This document shows positions 9,498 through 19,344 of a stretch of DNA of 64,000 bases, one piece after another. Below the pieces are notes generated by a model, which searched no databases, was not told the DNA's origin, and saw nothing but the letters and a program-made list of their open reading frames with translations. The DNA comes from a virus. Positions within the stretch are counted from its first letter, which is position 1, and each line of letters begins with the position of its first letter. Both the position numbers and the translations under genes were made by a program. Location of the stretch: IMG/VR virus record IMGVR_UViG_3300017917_000405, positions 1 to 64,000 of that record. One strand, given 5' to 3'.

Positions 9498-10290
9498 GAC
9501 GCAGTACCGCCATAATAAGATCATCTAGTTTAAAGATCTCTTCTTTTGTTACTGCCTCTTCCTCTCCAGAAACATTAATTTTTGTGACTACCCATGAATC
9601 AAACAGTTGCTCAATAAATTCATGTGGCGAGTATGACCCAATTTCAATTACTACAGTATCTGTTACCTCAAGAGTTTTTTGCATTCCCTTCCAGGCAACT
9701 GGTTCTGCTCCCTCAATATCCATCTTAATAAGGTCAACTTTATCTACCTTCATAAGTTTATCTACTGTATCCGTGTGAACAGTAAACTGCTTGTCCCATT
9801 CAATGTCTGGAATAGTTGATGGTAGTTCATCTCCGAGCATAATTGTTGCCCCTCCAAGAAACCTTGATGGAACATTAAGAGTAATTGAGCCAAACTTATC
9901 TGCAACAGCAACATTGTATGTCTTTACTATTGCACCATCTTCCATTGGAAAGTCAAGGATTGATTTATCTAGGAGTTCTACTAGTTCTGGGTTTGCCTCA
10001 AATGCAAATACCTGACCATCTTTGCCTGCGAGTCTTTCCATGACTCTTGTGTAGTAGCCATAGTTTGCCCCAATATCAACGCATCTGAATCCAGGCTTAA
10101 TGTTTTTTGTCATCCATGAAGTAATCCATGATTCCCAATATCCGTGCTCTGATAGCCAGCGACCTACTGATTGCTCTTCTCTATCCGTATAAAGATAAAA
10201 GTCGTCAAGGATCTTTGCTGTGTTTTCTGATGTAGCACCCTTAGACCCATTCTTTTCAAGGTCTTGTCGTGACATATTATATTTAATCAT
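9490..10290 (-). CDS. FkbM-family SAM-dependent methyltransferase
   Basis: VDIGANYGYY, FAFEANP and LIKMDIEGAE motifs. Confidence 0.9.
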   Translation of the reverse strand: MIKYNMSRQDLEKNGSKGATSENTAKILDDFYLYTDREEQSVGRWLSEHGYWESWITSWMTKNIKPGFRCVDIGANYGYYTRVMERLAGKDGQVFAFEANPELVELLDKSILDFPMEDGAIVKTYNVAVADKFGSITLNVPSRFLGGATIMLGDELPSTIPDIEWDKQFTVHTDTVDKLMKVDKVDLIKMDIEGAEPVAWKGMQKTLEVTDTVVIEIGSYSPHEFIEQLFDSWVVTKINVSGEEEAVTKEEIFKLDDLIMAVLRRG

Positions 10291-10850
10291 TGTCCACCCA
10301 TTTTACTGTATAAATAGTAAGCAATACCAAGAGCATCGCCAACGTCGTTATCTTTAATATTTGTTCCATACTTTTCATTAAAGAAGTCCATTGTATATTG
10401 CTTTCTCTGCTCTCTTGCCTTGTTTCTATACCACGCATCGCCGTAGCCAGGATGGTCTAGTTTTAGTTTATCTTTTTGTGCTTTCGTAAGGTTTTTATTT
10501 CCTATAAAGTTTTGCCATTCAGATGGCTTTACCTCAGAGATGCTGCAGCCGTTTGTAGCAAGAGATGAAATGATTGTTCCAAGAGCCATTGAAATCTTAA
10601 TTGCAGTACCACTTGAACGAACCATAATTGCAGACTCTATTGCTACGTTTTCTATTCCAAAGTGTACAACAATTGAGTCTGTCTTTAGTCTAATATCTTT
10701 AAGTTTGTCTGGTTGATTTGCACCATTAAAAACTATCTTGCCGTACTTAACTGGCTTTCCATCGAACACGGCAAATGCTAGTGAGTTTGTTGATGCATCA
10801 ATCCCAAGGACGGGGGCGGCGTGATGTTTTCTTAACTTTGCTAGTGACAC
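10287..10850 (-). CDS. ruvC: RuvC-like Holliday junction resolvase
   Basis: VLGIDAST, VAIES and DVGDALGIA motifs. Confidence 0.8.
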   Translation of the reverse strand: MSLAKLRKHHAAPVLGIDASTNSLAFAVFDGKPVKYGKIVFNGANQPDKLKDIRLKTDSIVVHFGIENVAIESAIMVRSSGTAIKISMALGTIISSLATNGCSISEVKPSEWQNFIGNKNLTKAQKDKLKLDHPGYGDAWYRNKAREQRKQYTMDFFNEKYGTNIKDNDVGDALGIAYYLYSKMGGQ

Positions 10851-11112
10851 TCGCCAACACCTCCCTCATGTCGTCCGACTTCTTTTTTCTTTCAGAGGTC
10901 TGACACATCGCGCAAACATCTTCTGAGTTATATCTATTTAGTTTTACCCCACAGTCACAAAATCTATCTTTACCACTAAGTCTGTTTTTCTTTTCGTAAT
11001 ATTTCTGCATAATCTTTTTATTGGTTGCTTCTCTACAGCATTCCTTAGAGCAGTACTTTTGATTATGCATTTTAAACTCAAATGATTTTCCACACTCAAT
11101 GCAGTCTTTCAC
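10798..11112 (-). CDS. Zinc-finger protein
   Basis: CIEC...YCSKEC...CDC...CAMC. Confidence 0.75.
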   Translation of the reverse strand: MKDCIECGKSFEFKMHNQKYCSKECCREATNKKIMQKYYEKKNRLSGKDRFCDCGVKLNRYNSEDVCAMCQTSERKKKSDDMREVLASVTSKVKKTSRRPRPWD

Positions 11113-11885
11113 GGTATCTTTACCTCTAGTACTGGAATATTAGTTCTACCATTTGATGCCTCGTAGCATTGATCAAATACTGGACAATTCTTACAGGTAT
11201 AAGTTGACTTTGCAAATCCTCTTTTAATATTCTTCTTTTGAACCCAGGCATCGTAAACTTCCTTCATCCAGTCAAAGACATAATTGATGTACTCTTCATT
11301 TTTCTTAGACATAACTACTGGTAGTGAAACAAGTTCATTTGTGTCTTTGCTTTCGTACAGAATAAAGCCTTCGTCCATTCCCAATACCTTCATATATACA
11401 AGGATCTGTAATAGATGACTGTCTGCTGGCACGCCCTCATCTTTCTTTTGCATATATAGAGAGTGCTTTGTTGTCTTAATTTCTCCGACAACTGGTGTTC
11501 CATCTGCATCAACGATAACGTCTGCAAATCCACGAATTGGGGGATCAGAATAGAGAACTTCTTTTTCTTTCTCAATTAGCAGCCCAGTCTTCTCAATCGT
11601 GTCCTGAATTCTTTCGTGTGCAGTTGTGCCACTATTCATAGATGCGATTTGCGGTGCAGTCTGAGACTCTGAAAAGTTTGCTCCAGTAAAAGCAAAAGAC
11701 CAGTATCTTGGGCACTTGCCATGACCATATCCAATAGTGCTTGGAGAAAAACTCTTCTTAATACGATATGCATTATCTGCTCGCGTAGAAAGATACTGTT
11801 TATTGATAAGACGAACAAACTTCTTTGGGTCCAACTTTGTATTTCTTGGACGGGACGTAATCTTGCTTATTAAATTTTCTACCAT
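11109..11885 (-). CDS. Cas4-like PD-(D/E)XK exonuclease
   Basis: CPR, GT..H, GFADV...EIKT, QI.VY and CKNCP...C Fe-S pattern. Confidence 0.85.
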   Translation of the reverse strand: MVENLISKITSRPRNTKLDPKKFVRLINKQYLSTRADNAYRIKKSFSPSTIGYGHGKCPRYWSFAFTGANFSESQTAPQIASMNSGTTAHERIQDTIEKTGLLIEKEKEVLYSDPPIRGFADVIVDADGTPVVGEIKTTKHSLYMQKKDEGVPADSHLLQILVYMKVLGMDEGFILYESKDTNELVSLPVVMSKKNEEYINYVFDWMKEVYDAWVQKKNIKRGFAKSTYTCKNCPVFDQCYEASNGRTNIPVLEVKIP

Positions 11886-12217
11886 TAGTAAGTTACCTTC
11901 GCAATATATTTTAGTGCAGAGGCAAGTTTATCACATTGATCAGACATTGTGTAGTACACATTTTTCTTTGTGTGGTTTGCAGATCCGCTTGGCCCCTTTG
12001 CAACTGTTGCATACCATGTAGCAAGAATTCCAAACTTAGCAGACATTGCCTGCATTTTAGCAACAAGAATAGATGCAGAACTAACTGGAATATCTGGTTT
12101 AGTCATAATCTTTACAATAAGACCAAGGGCCTCGTCAAGATCTGAGTCTCCCATAAATTCATGTAGGTCATTAAACTCTGTTATAGAATCAATAAGTTCT
12201 AGTGGTGATTCAGCCAT
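11885..12217 (-). CDS. Hypothetical protein
   Basis: Coupled helical ORF in the recombination operon. Confidence 0.7.
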   Translation of the reverse strand: MAESPLELIDSITEFNDLHEFMGDSDLDEALGLIVKIMTKPDIPVSSASILVAKMQAMSAKFGILATWYATVAKGPSGSANHTKKNVYYTMSDQCDKLASALKYIAKVTY

Positions 12218-12506
12218 TTATCTGCTCCTCCATTTGCTCTAATACTTCCCATTCAATTATTGCTAAACGAACCTTCTTTGTTTCTCCAATTACTACACAT
12301 AGTGCTGGATTCTTCTCTCGTGAAGTCTTGAGACAATCAGTAACTACCTTTGCCCATACGTCCTGGCTTAAAGTAAATGTCTTGTTAGCCTCTTTAATGT
12401 CTACTACAAAATTCTTCCATGTAGCATCACCTTTTTGATACTGACCACGACCAGAGTTTTTGTGTGCCTTTGCACCCATACGCTTTATCTCTGATCGTTC
12501 ACTCAC
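12210..12506 (-). CDS. Small PD-(D/E)XK nuclease (resolvase-like)
   Basis: E...NSGRG...KGDA...VDIKE motif; GTG start overlapping the upstream stop. Confidence 0.65.
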   Translation of the reverse strand: MSERSEIKRMGAKAHKNSGRGQYQKGDATWKNFVVDIKEANKTFTLSQDVWAKVVTDCLKTSREKNPALCVVIGETKKVRLAIIEWEVLEQMEEQING

Positions 12507-12694
12507 AGGGTTCCTTCCGATACATGGTCGTTTGAACACTTCCACATCATATGTTTTTCTTCCATGCTTAGAAGGGCATTTGAAACTTCTTCACGGCATT
12601 GATCACATACAAACGTTCCAGTAATTTCCATGTAGGTGTCTTCAGCAGAATCTTCTTCCTGCTTGTTTCCAATAAATGTTCTTGGATCTATCAT
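12503..12694 (-). CDS. Zinc ribbon protein
   Basis: CDQC...WKCSNDH. Confidence 0.7.
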   Translation of the reverse strand: MIDPRTFIGNKQEEDSAEDTYMEITGTFVCDQCREEVSNALLSMEEKHMMWKCSNDHVSEGTL

Positions 12695-13716
12695 GTTAAC
12701 TTCCCATAAACTAGCGACTCAATGGTGTCGCATACAGCCTGATTTTCTCTCACATAATCAATGACCTTTGCTCTACCCTGGATTCTCTCATCAAGGACTG
12801 TGTACCAGGCTCCACCGCGTTCAATAACACCCATCATTTCTGCTGTGTCAACTAGATCTGCTACCTTATCTACTCCAACGTGTTCTCCCTGGAAGTAGAA
12901 GTCGTATGCTCCACCGATAAATTGTGGTCCAGTCTTGTTGTAGTCAATCGTCCAGTTTACTGGTCGTCCAACCTTTTGTTCAATTAGTTTATCTCCAATA
13001 GAAACTTTATCTTTAATAGAATTTGCCTCTGCCTCACTTGACCACAATTTAATAATTGTGCTTGAGAAAAACTTTACAGCCATTCCTCCAGTTGGAATAT
13101 GGCTTGCGTGCATAGAACCAAACTGATTACGTTGCTGTGAGATAAGAATAAGTAGCGTTGGCTTTGTCTTATTGTTAGCATAGTTAAGCATCTTTACAGC
13201 ATGTGTCATATCTTTTGCCTCTGCACCAATTTGTTTAGTGTTCTCTAGACTCTTAAGTTCTTCACCATCCTTCTCAAAATAGATGGCTGGTAGGAGTGCT
13301 GAGATACTATCAACAACAATGACATCGACGCCAGCATTCATTAGTTCTACGCCAATATCCACCATGTCGTTGACAGTCTTTGCTGATGAATAAATAAGTT
13401 TTTCTGAATCTACTCCAAGTTTCTCTGCCCATTCAGCAGAGTATGATTGCTCTGAGTCGATCCACGCACAGACCTTTCCTTCCTTCTGTGCATCACCGAT
13501 CATCTGTAGGCAAAATGAAGACTTACCAGCAGACTTGTTGCCCCAGATAAGAACCTGGCGACCATAAGCAAGTCCACCCTTTAGAGCAACGTTAAGACCT
13601 AGACTTGGCGTTTGCTGCTTTTCAATACTTACCTCTGACGCAGCCTGTACTCGCTTTCTTGTTTTTGGACTGAGGTTTGCGAGAATATCCTCAATTGAGA
13701 TTTCTTCAGTTGTCAT
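12691..13716 (-). CDS. recA: RecA/UvsX-like recombinase
   Basis: GNKSAGKSS Walker A, WIDSE, IVVDSI, PTGG.A.KF and GGAWY. Confidence 0.93.
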   Translation of the reverse strand: MTTEEISIEDILANLSPKTRKRVQAASEVSIEKQQTPSLGLNVALKGGLAYGRQVLIWGNKSAGKSSFCLQMIGDAQKEGKVCAWIDSEQSYSAEWAEKLGVDSEKLIYSSAKTVNDMVDIGVELMNAGVDVIVVDSISALLPAIYFEKDGEELKSLENTKQIGAEAKDMTHAVKMLNYANNKTKPTLLILISQQRNQFGSMHASHIPTGGMAVKFFSSTIIKLWSSEAEANSIKDKVSIGDKLIEQKVGRPVNWTIDYNKTGPQFIGGAYDFYFQGEHVGVDKVADLVDTAEMMGVIERGGAWYTVLDERIQGRAKVIDYVRENQAVCDTIESLVYGKLT

Positions 13717-13781
13717 TAAAGACCTTTCTTTTTCGACAATTATACACTATGCCAACTTGCTGTTTTTTGTAATTTTTATTT

Positions 13782-14117
13782 TTACATTAACCTATTATGC
13801 TTTGCTGGTCGTGTTTTATTGAACTCTACTTTTTTAACCAATGTTTCAAGAATTGAACCGCTAATTATTTCATATCTATTCATTGCTGCAAGAAGATCTA
13901 AAAGGCGAATAATAATATCTGCTGCTTCATTTTTAATTTCCTCAGACCCCTTCTGCTTAACATATGCATCTGCTAATTCACTTACTTCTGTATCTATAAG
14001 CATCATTTTTGCTAGAATCTGATTTACCTGATCTTCTTTATATTTAGGTTCCCAAAAACCCTTTTCTACTGCATTATTATGAATCTGAAAAGCAAACTCG
14101 TCAATGTCGATTGCCAC
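13782..14117 (-). CDS. MazG-like nucleotide pyrophosphohydrolase
   Basis: LIDTEVSEL...EAADIIIRLLD...N..R. Confidence 0.8.
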   Translation of the reverse strand: MAIDIDEFAFQIHNNAVEKGFWEPKYKEDQVNQILAKMMLIDTEVSELADAYVKQKGSEEIKNEAADIIIRLLDLLAAMNRYEIISGSILETLVKKVEFNKTRPAKHNRLM

Positions 14118-17100
14118 TATATACTCCTTATTGTTAATGTTCCGTCTGGCATTTCGCCAAGAACTGGTTTTACTACGCTACCTGGCTTCATCTTTGCCAG
14201 GGCCAAACTATAATACTTTGGGAATACGATAATTGGAAGCAGGCTCTTATCCTCTTCTGCAATGACATAGGTTGCCATCTTATCGCCCTTCTTTGTCTTT
14301 CTGCTGGCTGCGCTAATTACATAATATTCATCAGACGCGATTGGAAGGTTGCTTGCAAGAACATATTTTGTAAATGCAGTTCCCTCCTTCTTAAGATTCT
14401 CTGGAAGTACATATTCCATAATCCTATTACTTGCAACAAGAATCATATACATCTTACCTGGCTCAATCATAGTATTCTCGCTATCGAATACGCCAACGCT
14501 TCCAGTCTTATCAACAATTTCCACCCTTGACCATCCGCTGCCACGCTTAATGCTTTTTACCATCGCTAGAACAATAAAAGCGCCAGTCTCTTCATACTCA
14601 TCTAGTGGCTTAATATATGCGTCCATCCAGCGTGGAAGATCGTTAGTAAACTCTGGAATGTTTAGATACTCATAGAAATATTCGTTCTCGCTACCTGTCC
14701 GTGGATTGTCTTTAAATGCAGCAGCACCGATCTTATTAAGAGCCTGAACTGCACGACTATTAATACCAGAACCTTTCTTACCAGCAAACTCTGTCAGTTC
14801 TTGATAGGAGTGGAACGGTCTGCCAGCAAGCAATTTACTAGCAATTCCTTCAGAGATATACTTAACGTTTCCAAGACCAAATCTAATTGAGTCTCCGTCT
14901 AACGCAAAGTCAGCCTCTGATTCGTTGACATGTGGGAGTAGAATTTTTACGCCCATGCGCTTTGCCTCAATCAGATACTCTGTACGAGCATCCTTATCCT
15001 TCTCATTCTTTAGCAAAGAATACATAAACTCTACTGGATAGTAGCGCTTTAGCCATGCTGTCCAATATGACAACAGCGAGTAAGCAACCGCATGTGACTT
15101 GTTAAATGAGTATCCTGCGTGAGCCTCAAAGTCGTGCCATAGTCTCTCAGCCTTGTCCTCGCCAAGATATTCTTTTGCACCCTGCACAAATCGATCCTTG
15201 AATACATCAAACTCCCTAGCGTCCTTTTTCTTTCCAATAATTTTACGAACCTTATCTGCTTCCTGCATTGTCATTCCACCAAGAGTAGTACATGCAAGCA
15301 TGACCTGCTCCTGATAAAGAATGCACCCATAAGTATCTTTTGTGTACTCAATCATGTTGTCATGAATGTATGATACAGAACGCTTGCCCTTCTTTCTAGC
15401 AATATAGTCCTCTCCAATAGTATTCATGGCTCCTGGTCGAACTAGTGCATTTGAAGCAGCAAGTTCATCAAAATTTCTTACACCCATCTTTACGAGTAGA
15501 TTTGTATATGGAGTTGCTTCACATTGAAATACTCCCTTTGTATATCCAGCAGTCAAATCGTCATATACGTCACGATCATCTAGCGGCAGAGTGTCTAGGT
15601 CAACTACCTTCTTGTGCCTGCTCTTTACTGCTTCAAGGCAGTCTTTAATAACTGTTAGAGTCTTTAGACCAAGAGCATCAATCTTGATAAGACCAATGTC
15701 TGCCGCTTGCTCCATATCTACTGCTACGACAGGAATTCTTTCATCGCTCTGCGCGTCCTTACGAGTTTCTAGTGGCGCGAACTTTGAAATAGAGTCCTTT
15801 GCAGTAACGATACCAGCAGCGTGTACTCCAGTTCCGCGAATGCGACCGCGCAACTGCTCTGCATAAACAGTTACCTCTGGATACTTCTTTCTAAACTCCT
15901 CAGTTGATTTTGATTCAAGAAACTCGTCCCATGTATCAATGTTCTTTAAAGCCTTATTTACATCTACTAGTGGAATACAGAATGCTCTTGCAACATCTCG
16001 TACAACGCCCTTATCCTTGAAGGTAAGATACGTTGCAATTGAGGCAACGTTTTTATACTCTTCTTTTAGATATTCCTTAACTTCTCCGCGACGGCGGTCC
16101 TCGTAATCAACGTCAACGTCTGGGAAGTCATTTCTTTCTGGATTGATAAACCTAAAGAATAGTAGATGGTATTTAATTGGATCTACGCCAGTAATATCCA
16201 ATGCGTAGCAAACTAAAGATCCTGCTGCAGATCCTCGCCCTGGCCCAACCATGATTCCATTGTCTTTAGCCCAATTAACCATGTTTGATACTACGAGGAA
16301 GTAGGGAGAGAAGTTCTTATCCTTAATTACATTTAGTTCTTCTACAAGCCTGTCGCGGTATTCTTGCTTGTCATGCAGACCCTTCCGACGTAGACCCTTA
16401 AGGCACATCTCTTCAAGTTCTGCGTGTGGATCTTTGTATTCTACTGGAAGCAAGTCTAGGTTGCTTGGAACGTCGTAGTCTCCTACTTTATCACTAATCT
16501 CCATGGTATTTTCATAAATATCCTGCCTATCAATACCCTGAGCCTTCATTCGTTCTAGTGTTTCCTGGTATGACATTAGCCAGATATCAAGATCCTTGAA
16601 CGACATTTGGCGATCACCATATAGATAGTCAAGCCTTTCAATGAGGTCTGCTTTCTTTCGACTATCGTCAAATATTGCGTCTGGTCGTGACTTTGGGTGT
16701 GTGCCAAGAATAAGCATGATTTCTTCAGCGACACGATCATCTGGGCTTGCATAGTGGCAGTCAAGCGTTACAACACTTTTTACATCGTGCTTATCAGCAA
16801 GGTCAAGCATTTTCTTATTGAGTTCGTATGGATTATGTGGTTGAAGTTCCATATAAAAGTCGTCCTTGAAAACATCCTTAAACCACATTAAGTGCTTTGT
16901 TGCTGCATCTACGTTATCTGCTTCAAGTGCCTTTGCAATAATTCCATTCATACATCCAGAAATAATAATAAGACCTTCGCTGTGCTCTTCTAGAACCTCA
17001 AAGTCCATGCGTGGTTTAACAAAGAATCCCTCGTCCCATGCAATTTCTGAAAGCCTAGATACGTTCTCTAAGCCTTTCTGGTTTTTAGCAACAACGATTA

Positions 17101-17371
17101 GGTGATTATAAATTTGATCGTCTGGCGTGCGATCTTTCTTAGAACGCTTATCTAGTCTATCAATTGTGAAATATGCTTCAATCCCTAGGATTGGCTTTAC
17201 GGATGTTTCCTTTGCAGCCTTGTAAAATTCACGATGACCGCTAAGTGTTCCGTGATCTGTGATTGACATTGCGCCCATACCGATTTCATCGGCACGTTTT
17301 AAAAGTTCTGTTGGTGATGAGTACCCGTCCAACAAACTATAGTATGAATGAGAATGATGATTATGAAACAT
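14117..17371 (-). CDS. dnaE: DNA polymerase III alpha subunit
   Basis: PHP HSHSYYSLLDG/TDHG, GRGSAAGS, FPDVDVD, GVFQ and YSFNKSHA; start reassigned to MFHNHHSH, downstream of a hairpin. Confidence 0.95.
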   Translation of the reverse strand: MFHNHHSHSYYSLLDGYSSPTELLKRADEIGMGAMSITDHGTLSGHREFYKAAKETSVKPILGIEAYFTIDRLDKRSKKDRTPDDQIYNHLIVVAKNQKGLENVSRLSEIAWDEGFFVKPRMDFEVLEEHSEGLIIISGCMNGIIAKALEADNVDAATKHLMWFKDVFKDDFYMELQPHNPYELNKKMLDLADKHDVKSVVTLDCHYASPDDRVAEEIMLILGTHPKSRPDAIFDDSRKKADLIERLDYLYGDRQMSFKDLDIWLMSYQETLERMKAQGIDRQDIYENTMEISDKVGDYDVPSNLDLLPVEYKDPHAELEEMCLKGLRRKGLHDKQEYRDRLVEELNVIKDKNFSPYFLVVSNMVNWAKDNGIMVGPGRGSAAGSLVCYALDITGVDPIKYHLLFFRFINPERNDFPDVDVDYEDRRRGEVKEYLKEEYKNVASIATYLTFKDKGVVRDVARAFCIPLVDVNKALKNIDTWDEFLESKSTEEFRKKYPEVTVYAEQLRGRIRGTGVHAAGIVTAKDSISKFAPLETRKDAQSDERIPVVAVDMEQAADIGLIKIDALGLKTLTVIKDCLEAVKSRHKKVVDLDTLPLDDRDVYDDLTAGYTKGVFQCEATPYTNLLVKMGVRNFDELAASNALVRPGAMNTIGEDYIARKKGKRSVSYIHDNMIEYTKDTYGCILYQEQVMLACTTLGGMTMQEADKVRKIIGKKKDAREFDVFKDRFVQGAKEYLGEDKAERLWHDFEAHAGYSFNKSHAVAYSLLSYWTAWLKRYYPVEFMYSLLKNEKDKDARTEYLIEAKRMGVKILLPHVNESEADFALDGDSIRFGLGNVKYISEGIASKLLAGRPFHSYQELTEFAGKKGSGINSRAVQALNKIGAAAFKDNPRTGSENEYFYEYLNIPEFTNDLPRWMDAYIKPLDEYEETGAFIVLAMVKSIKRGSGWSRVEIVDKTGSVGVFDSENTMIEPGKMYMILVASNRIMEYVLPENLKKEGTAFTKYVLASNLPIASDEYYVISAASRKTKKGDKMATYVIAEEDKSLLPIIVFPKYYSLALAKMKPGSVVKPVLGEMPDGTLTIRSI

Positions 17372-17391
17372 GACCTTCCAAAGAATGATGT

Positions 17392-17417
17392 GGTGGGGCA
17401 GCGATTGCTGCCCCACC
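17392..17417 (-). terminator. GC-rich hairpin between ssb and dnaE
   Basis: GGTGGGGCAGC-N4-GCTGCCCCACC perfect 11-bp stem; weak U-tract, so possibly an attenuating terminator. Confidence 0.7.
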
Positions 17418-17422
17418 GAATA

Positions 17423-18085
17423 TTACCATGCAGCAGATGAAGTAACTTCTTCGTCCTGCTCAAGGCCCATGAAGAAGGCCTCCTGATCGGCATAAGGGAT
17501 CTGACGAATTGCAGATCGCTCTAGATCATATGGTTCGATGTTTGACCAATCGAACTCTGTATCGTCTGTTGACAAGGGGAACAGCGGATACGTTGTTGAC
17601 GTTCCTGTTCCTGAACGCTTGAGCCTCCACACAAGATTACTGATAGAGCCAGTATCTGCTGCGTACTCAATGAGGGTCTTTGTCGTTAGTGACTTTGGAC
17701 CAACGCCCTGTGACCAAATAGCCACATACTCTTCGTTTCCATCATTTACCCAAAGGTTTGTGTAGTAACGCAACTTTGCACGCCACCCTGCCTTTGGCTC
17801 ACGGCGGTCCATATCACAGCCGTAGCATTGGCCTTCGTCCTGCCGTGTACAAACAGCCTTACGACGATAGTCCTTTGGATTTGTATGTTCTGCTACAACA
17901 ATAGCGAGACCGCGATCCTTGTTGTAGTTTGGTGAGTCTGCGTCAATTTCATTAATAAATCGGACCTTAACGCTCTGTCCGTCCTCTAACTTAAGCCAGC
18001 GAACCTTTGGTCCACCATCTGAGGAACCACCCGATGGGTAGTCGATCTTGTTTTGGATTGCCTTCAATCCTGTAATAATAGCCAT
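17423..18085 (-). CDS. Phage single-stranded DNA-binding protein (gp32-like, Zn)
   Basis: H...C...CYGC zinc site, acidic tail ending in W, AAGGAG RBS, replication context. Confidence 0.7.
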   Translation of the reverse strand: MAIITGLKAIQNKIDYPSGGSSDGGPKVRWLKLEDGQSVKVRFINEIDADSPNYNKDRGLAIVVAEHTNPKDYRRKAVCTRQDEGQCYGCDMDRREPKAGWRAKLRYYTNLWVNDGNEEYVAIWSQGVGPKSLTTKTLIEYAADTGSISNLVWRLKRSGTGTSTTYPLFPLSTDDTEFDWSNIEPYDLERSAIRQIPYADQEAFFMGLEQDEEVTSSAAW

Positions 18086-18136
18086 ATACTTCTCCTTAAT
18101 ATTTGGCGCGATAGGTGCGCCTTTCGTATTATTGTA

Positions 18137-19087
18137 TCAGATGCCTAGGGGAAGCGCAAGTACGTTTATACCCTCAAGGCATTCTTTAATTTGTGAGTCT
18201 GACATATCTCCAATATCCTTTATGCCGTCTGGTAAGGTTACGATTGTCATTGGCTTATAGCAATGCTTTTGTATCTTTTCTATCATTGTGTTTCCAGCGT
18301 CATCTGCATCTGGGATAACAAAAATACCGTCAGTCCACTTATTTAATAGTTCAATCTGCTGCATTGTGATTGTTGCACCAAGCGTTGCAACAGAAGGAAT
18401 TCCAAGTTGCCAAAGTCTAATGGCATCAAACGATGATTCTACTACGGCTACGACATTGTACTTAGACCTATTAAGATTAAATAAATTGTACTTTCTTGGT
18501 AGTCCGTGAGAGTTCTTAAATCTCTTTTCTGTAATTGATCTACCAACGTGTCCAACATATTCACCACTCACAGACTGTACTGGAACGGTAACCATATCTT
18601 TGACATTTGAATAGCCAAGTTTAAATTCTGCAATTGCTTCGTGACTTATTCCTCTGCTATGGAAGTAGTCAACCGCGTCCTGTGTGTTTAGTAGCGTATT
18701 GTGTAAACGATACACAATAGATTCATCGTACTCATTCTCCTGGCTTTCAGATACCCTATTTGTTATTTCATCTGAAATATCTGTATCTACATGCAGTTTA
18801 GCAATAAACCTGCTTGCTTCAAAGTAGTTACGAGATGTTGTGTGCATTACGATATCGTAAATGCTTCCGCGTTCTCCGCAAGAAAAGCAAATAAACAAGC
18901 CGTTTCCTTTATCCACTTCACAGGCTGGACTATTTACGTTATAGTGAAATGGACAATAAATTAGATAGTGTGTGTCTAGTTCTGTTCCTACTGTGATTCC
19001 ACACTCTTGCAGGATTCTCCCGATCTCTCGCGGTCCATAGACTTGGGTATTGGAATTAGTTTGTTCCCAGAGACCCCTTGATAGCAT
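18137..19087 (-). CDS. dnaG: DNA primase
   Basis: CPFH...CFSC zinc finger; TOPRIM VVESSFD and PDADDAG, KDIGD. Confidence 0.9.
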   Translation of the reverse strand: MLSRGLWEQTNSNTQVYGPREIGRILQECGITVGTELDTHYLIYCPFHYNVNSPACEVDKGNGLFICFSCGERGSIYDIVMHTTSRNYFEASRFIAKLHVDTDISDEITNRVSESQENEYDESIVYRLHNTLLNTQDAVDYFHSRGISHEAIAEFKLGYSNVKDMVTVPVQSVSGEYVGHVGRSITEKRFKNSHGLPRKYNLFNLNRSKYNVVAVVESSFDAIRLWQLGIPSVATLGATITMQQIELLNKWTDGIFVIPDADDAGNTMIEKIQKHCYKPMTIVTLPDGIKDIGDMSDSQIKECLEGINVLALPLGI

Positions 19088-19326
19088 TTAGCCTTTGCCC
19101 TTCCTACATATACACCATAAATGGTAAGTTTAAATTCGTATCGGTTCTTATTGTACTTTAAATTAAAGATTGGGTCAAGATCGTAGTGTGGAATATATCC
19201 CTTAGATCTCATGCAGTCAAGTAGGATGTTTTCGTACCGTTCCCGCATATTTGGTATATTTGAGTCATCGGTAATAGCGCCTGAAAAATAAAAATTATGA
19301 ATTTTTTTTCCACCAGCGTATTCCAT
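18988..19326 (-). CDS. Hypothetical protein
   Basis: Leaderless-type start (TGATATAAT-7 nt-ATG); lies between helicase and primase. Confidence 0.7.
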   Translation of the reverse strand: MEYAGGKKIHNFYFSGAITDDSNIPNMRERYENILLDCMRSKGYIPHYDLDPIFNLKYNKNRYEFKLTIYGVYVGRAKAKCYQGVSGNKLIPIPKSMDRERSGESCKSVESQ

Positions 19327-19344
19327 AATACAAATTATATCAAC

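Noticed and set aside
11109-11885. Cas4-like gene as evidence for CRISPR-Cas
   Set aside because: No repeat-spacer array or other cas genes; solo Cas4-like nucleases are ordinary phage recombination genes.
14117-17416. Intein or intron in dnaE (also checked nrdJ, dnaB, recA, terL)
   Set aside because: Lengths are normal, motifs are contiguous and no splice-junction motifs were seen.
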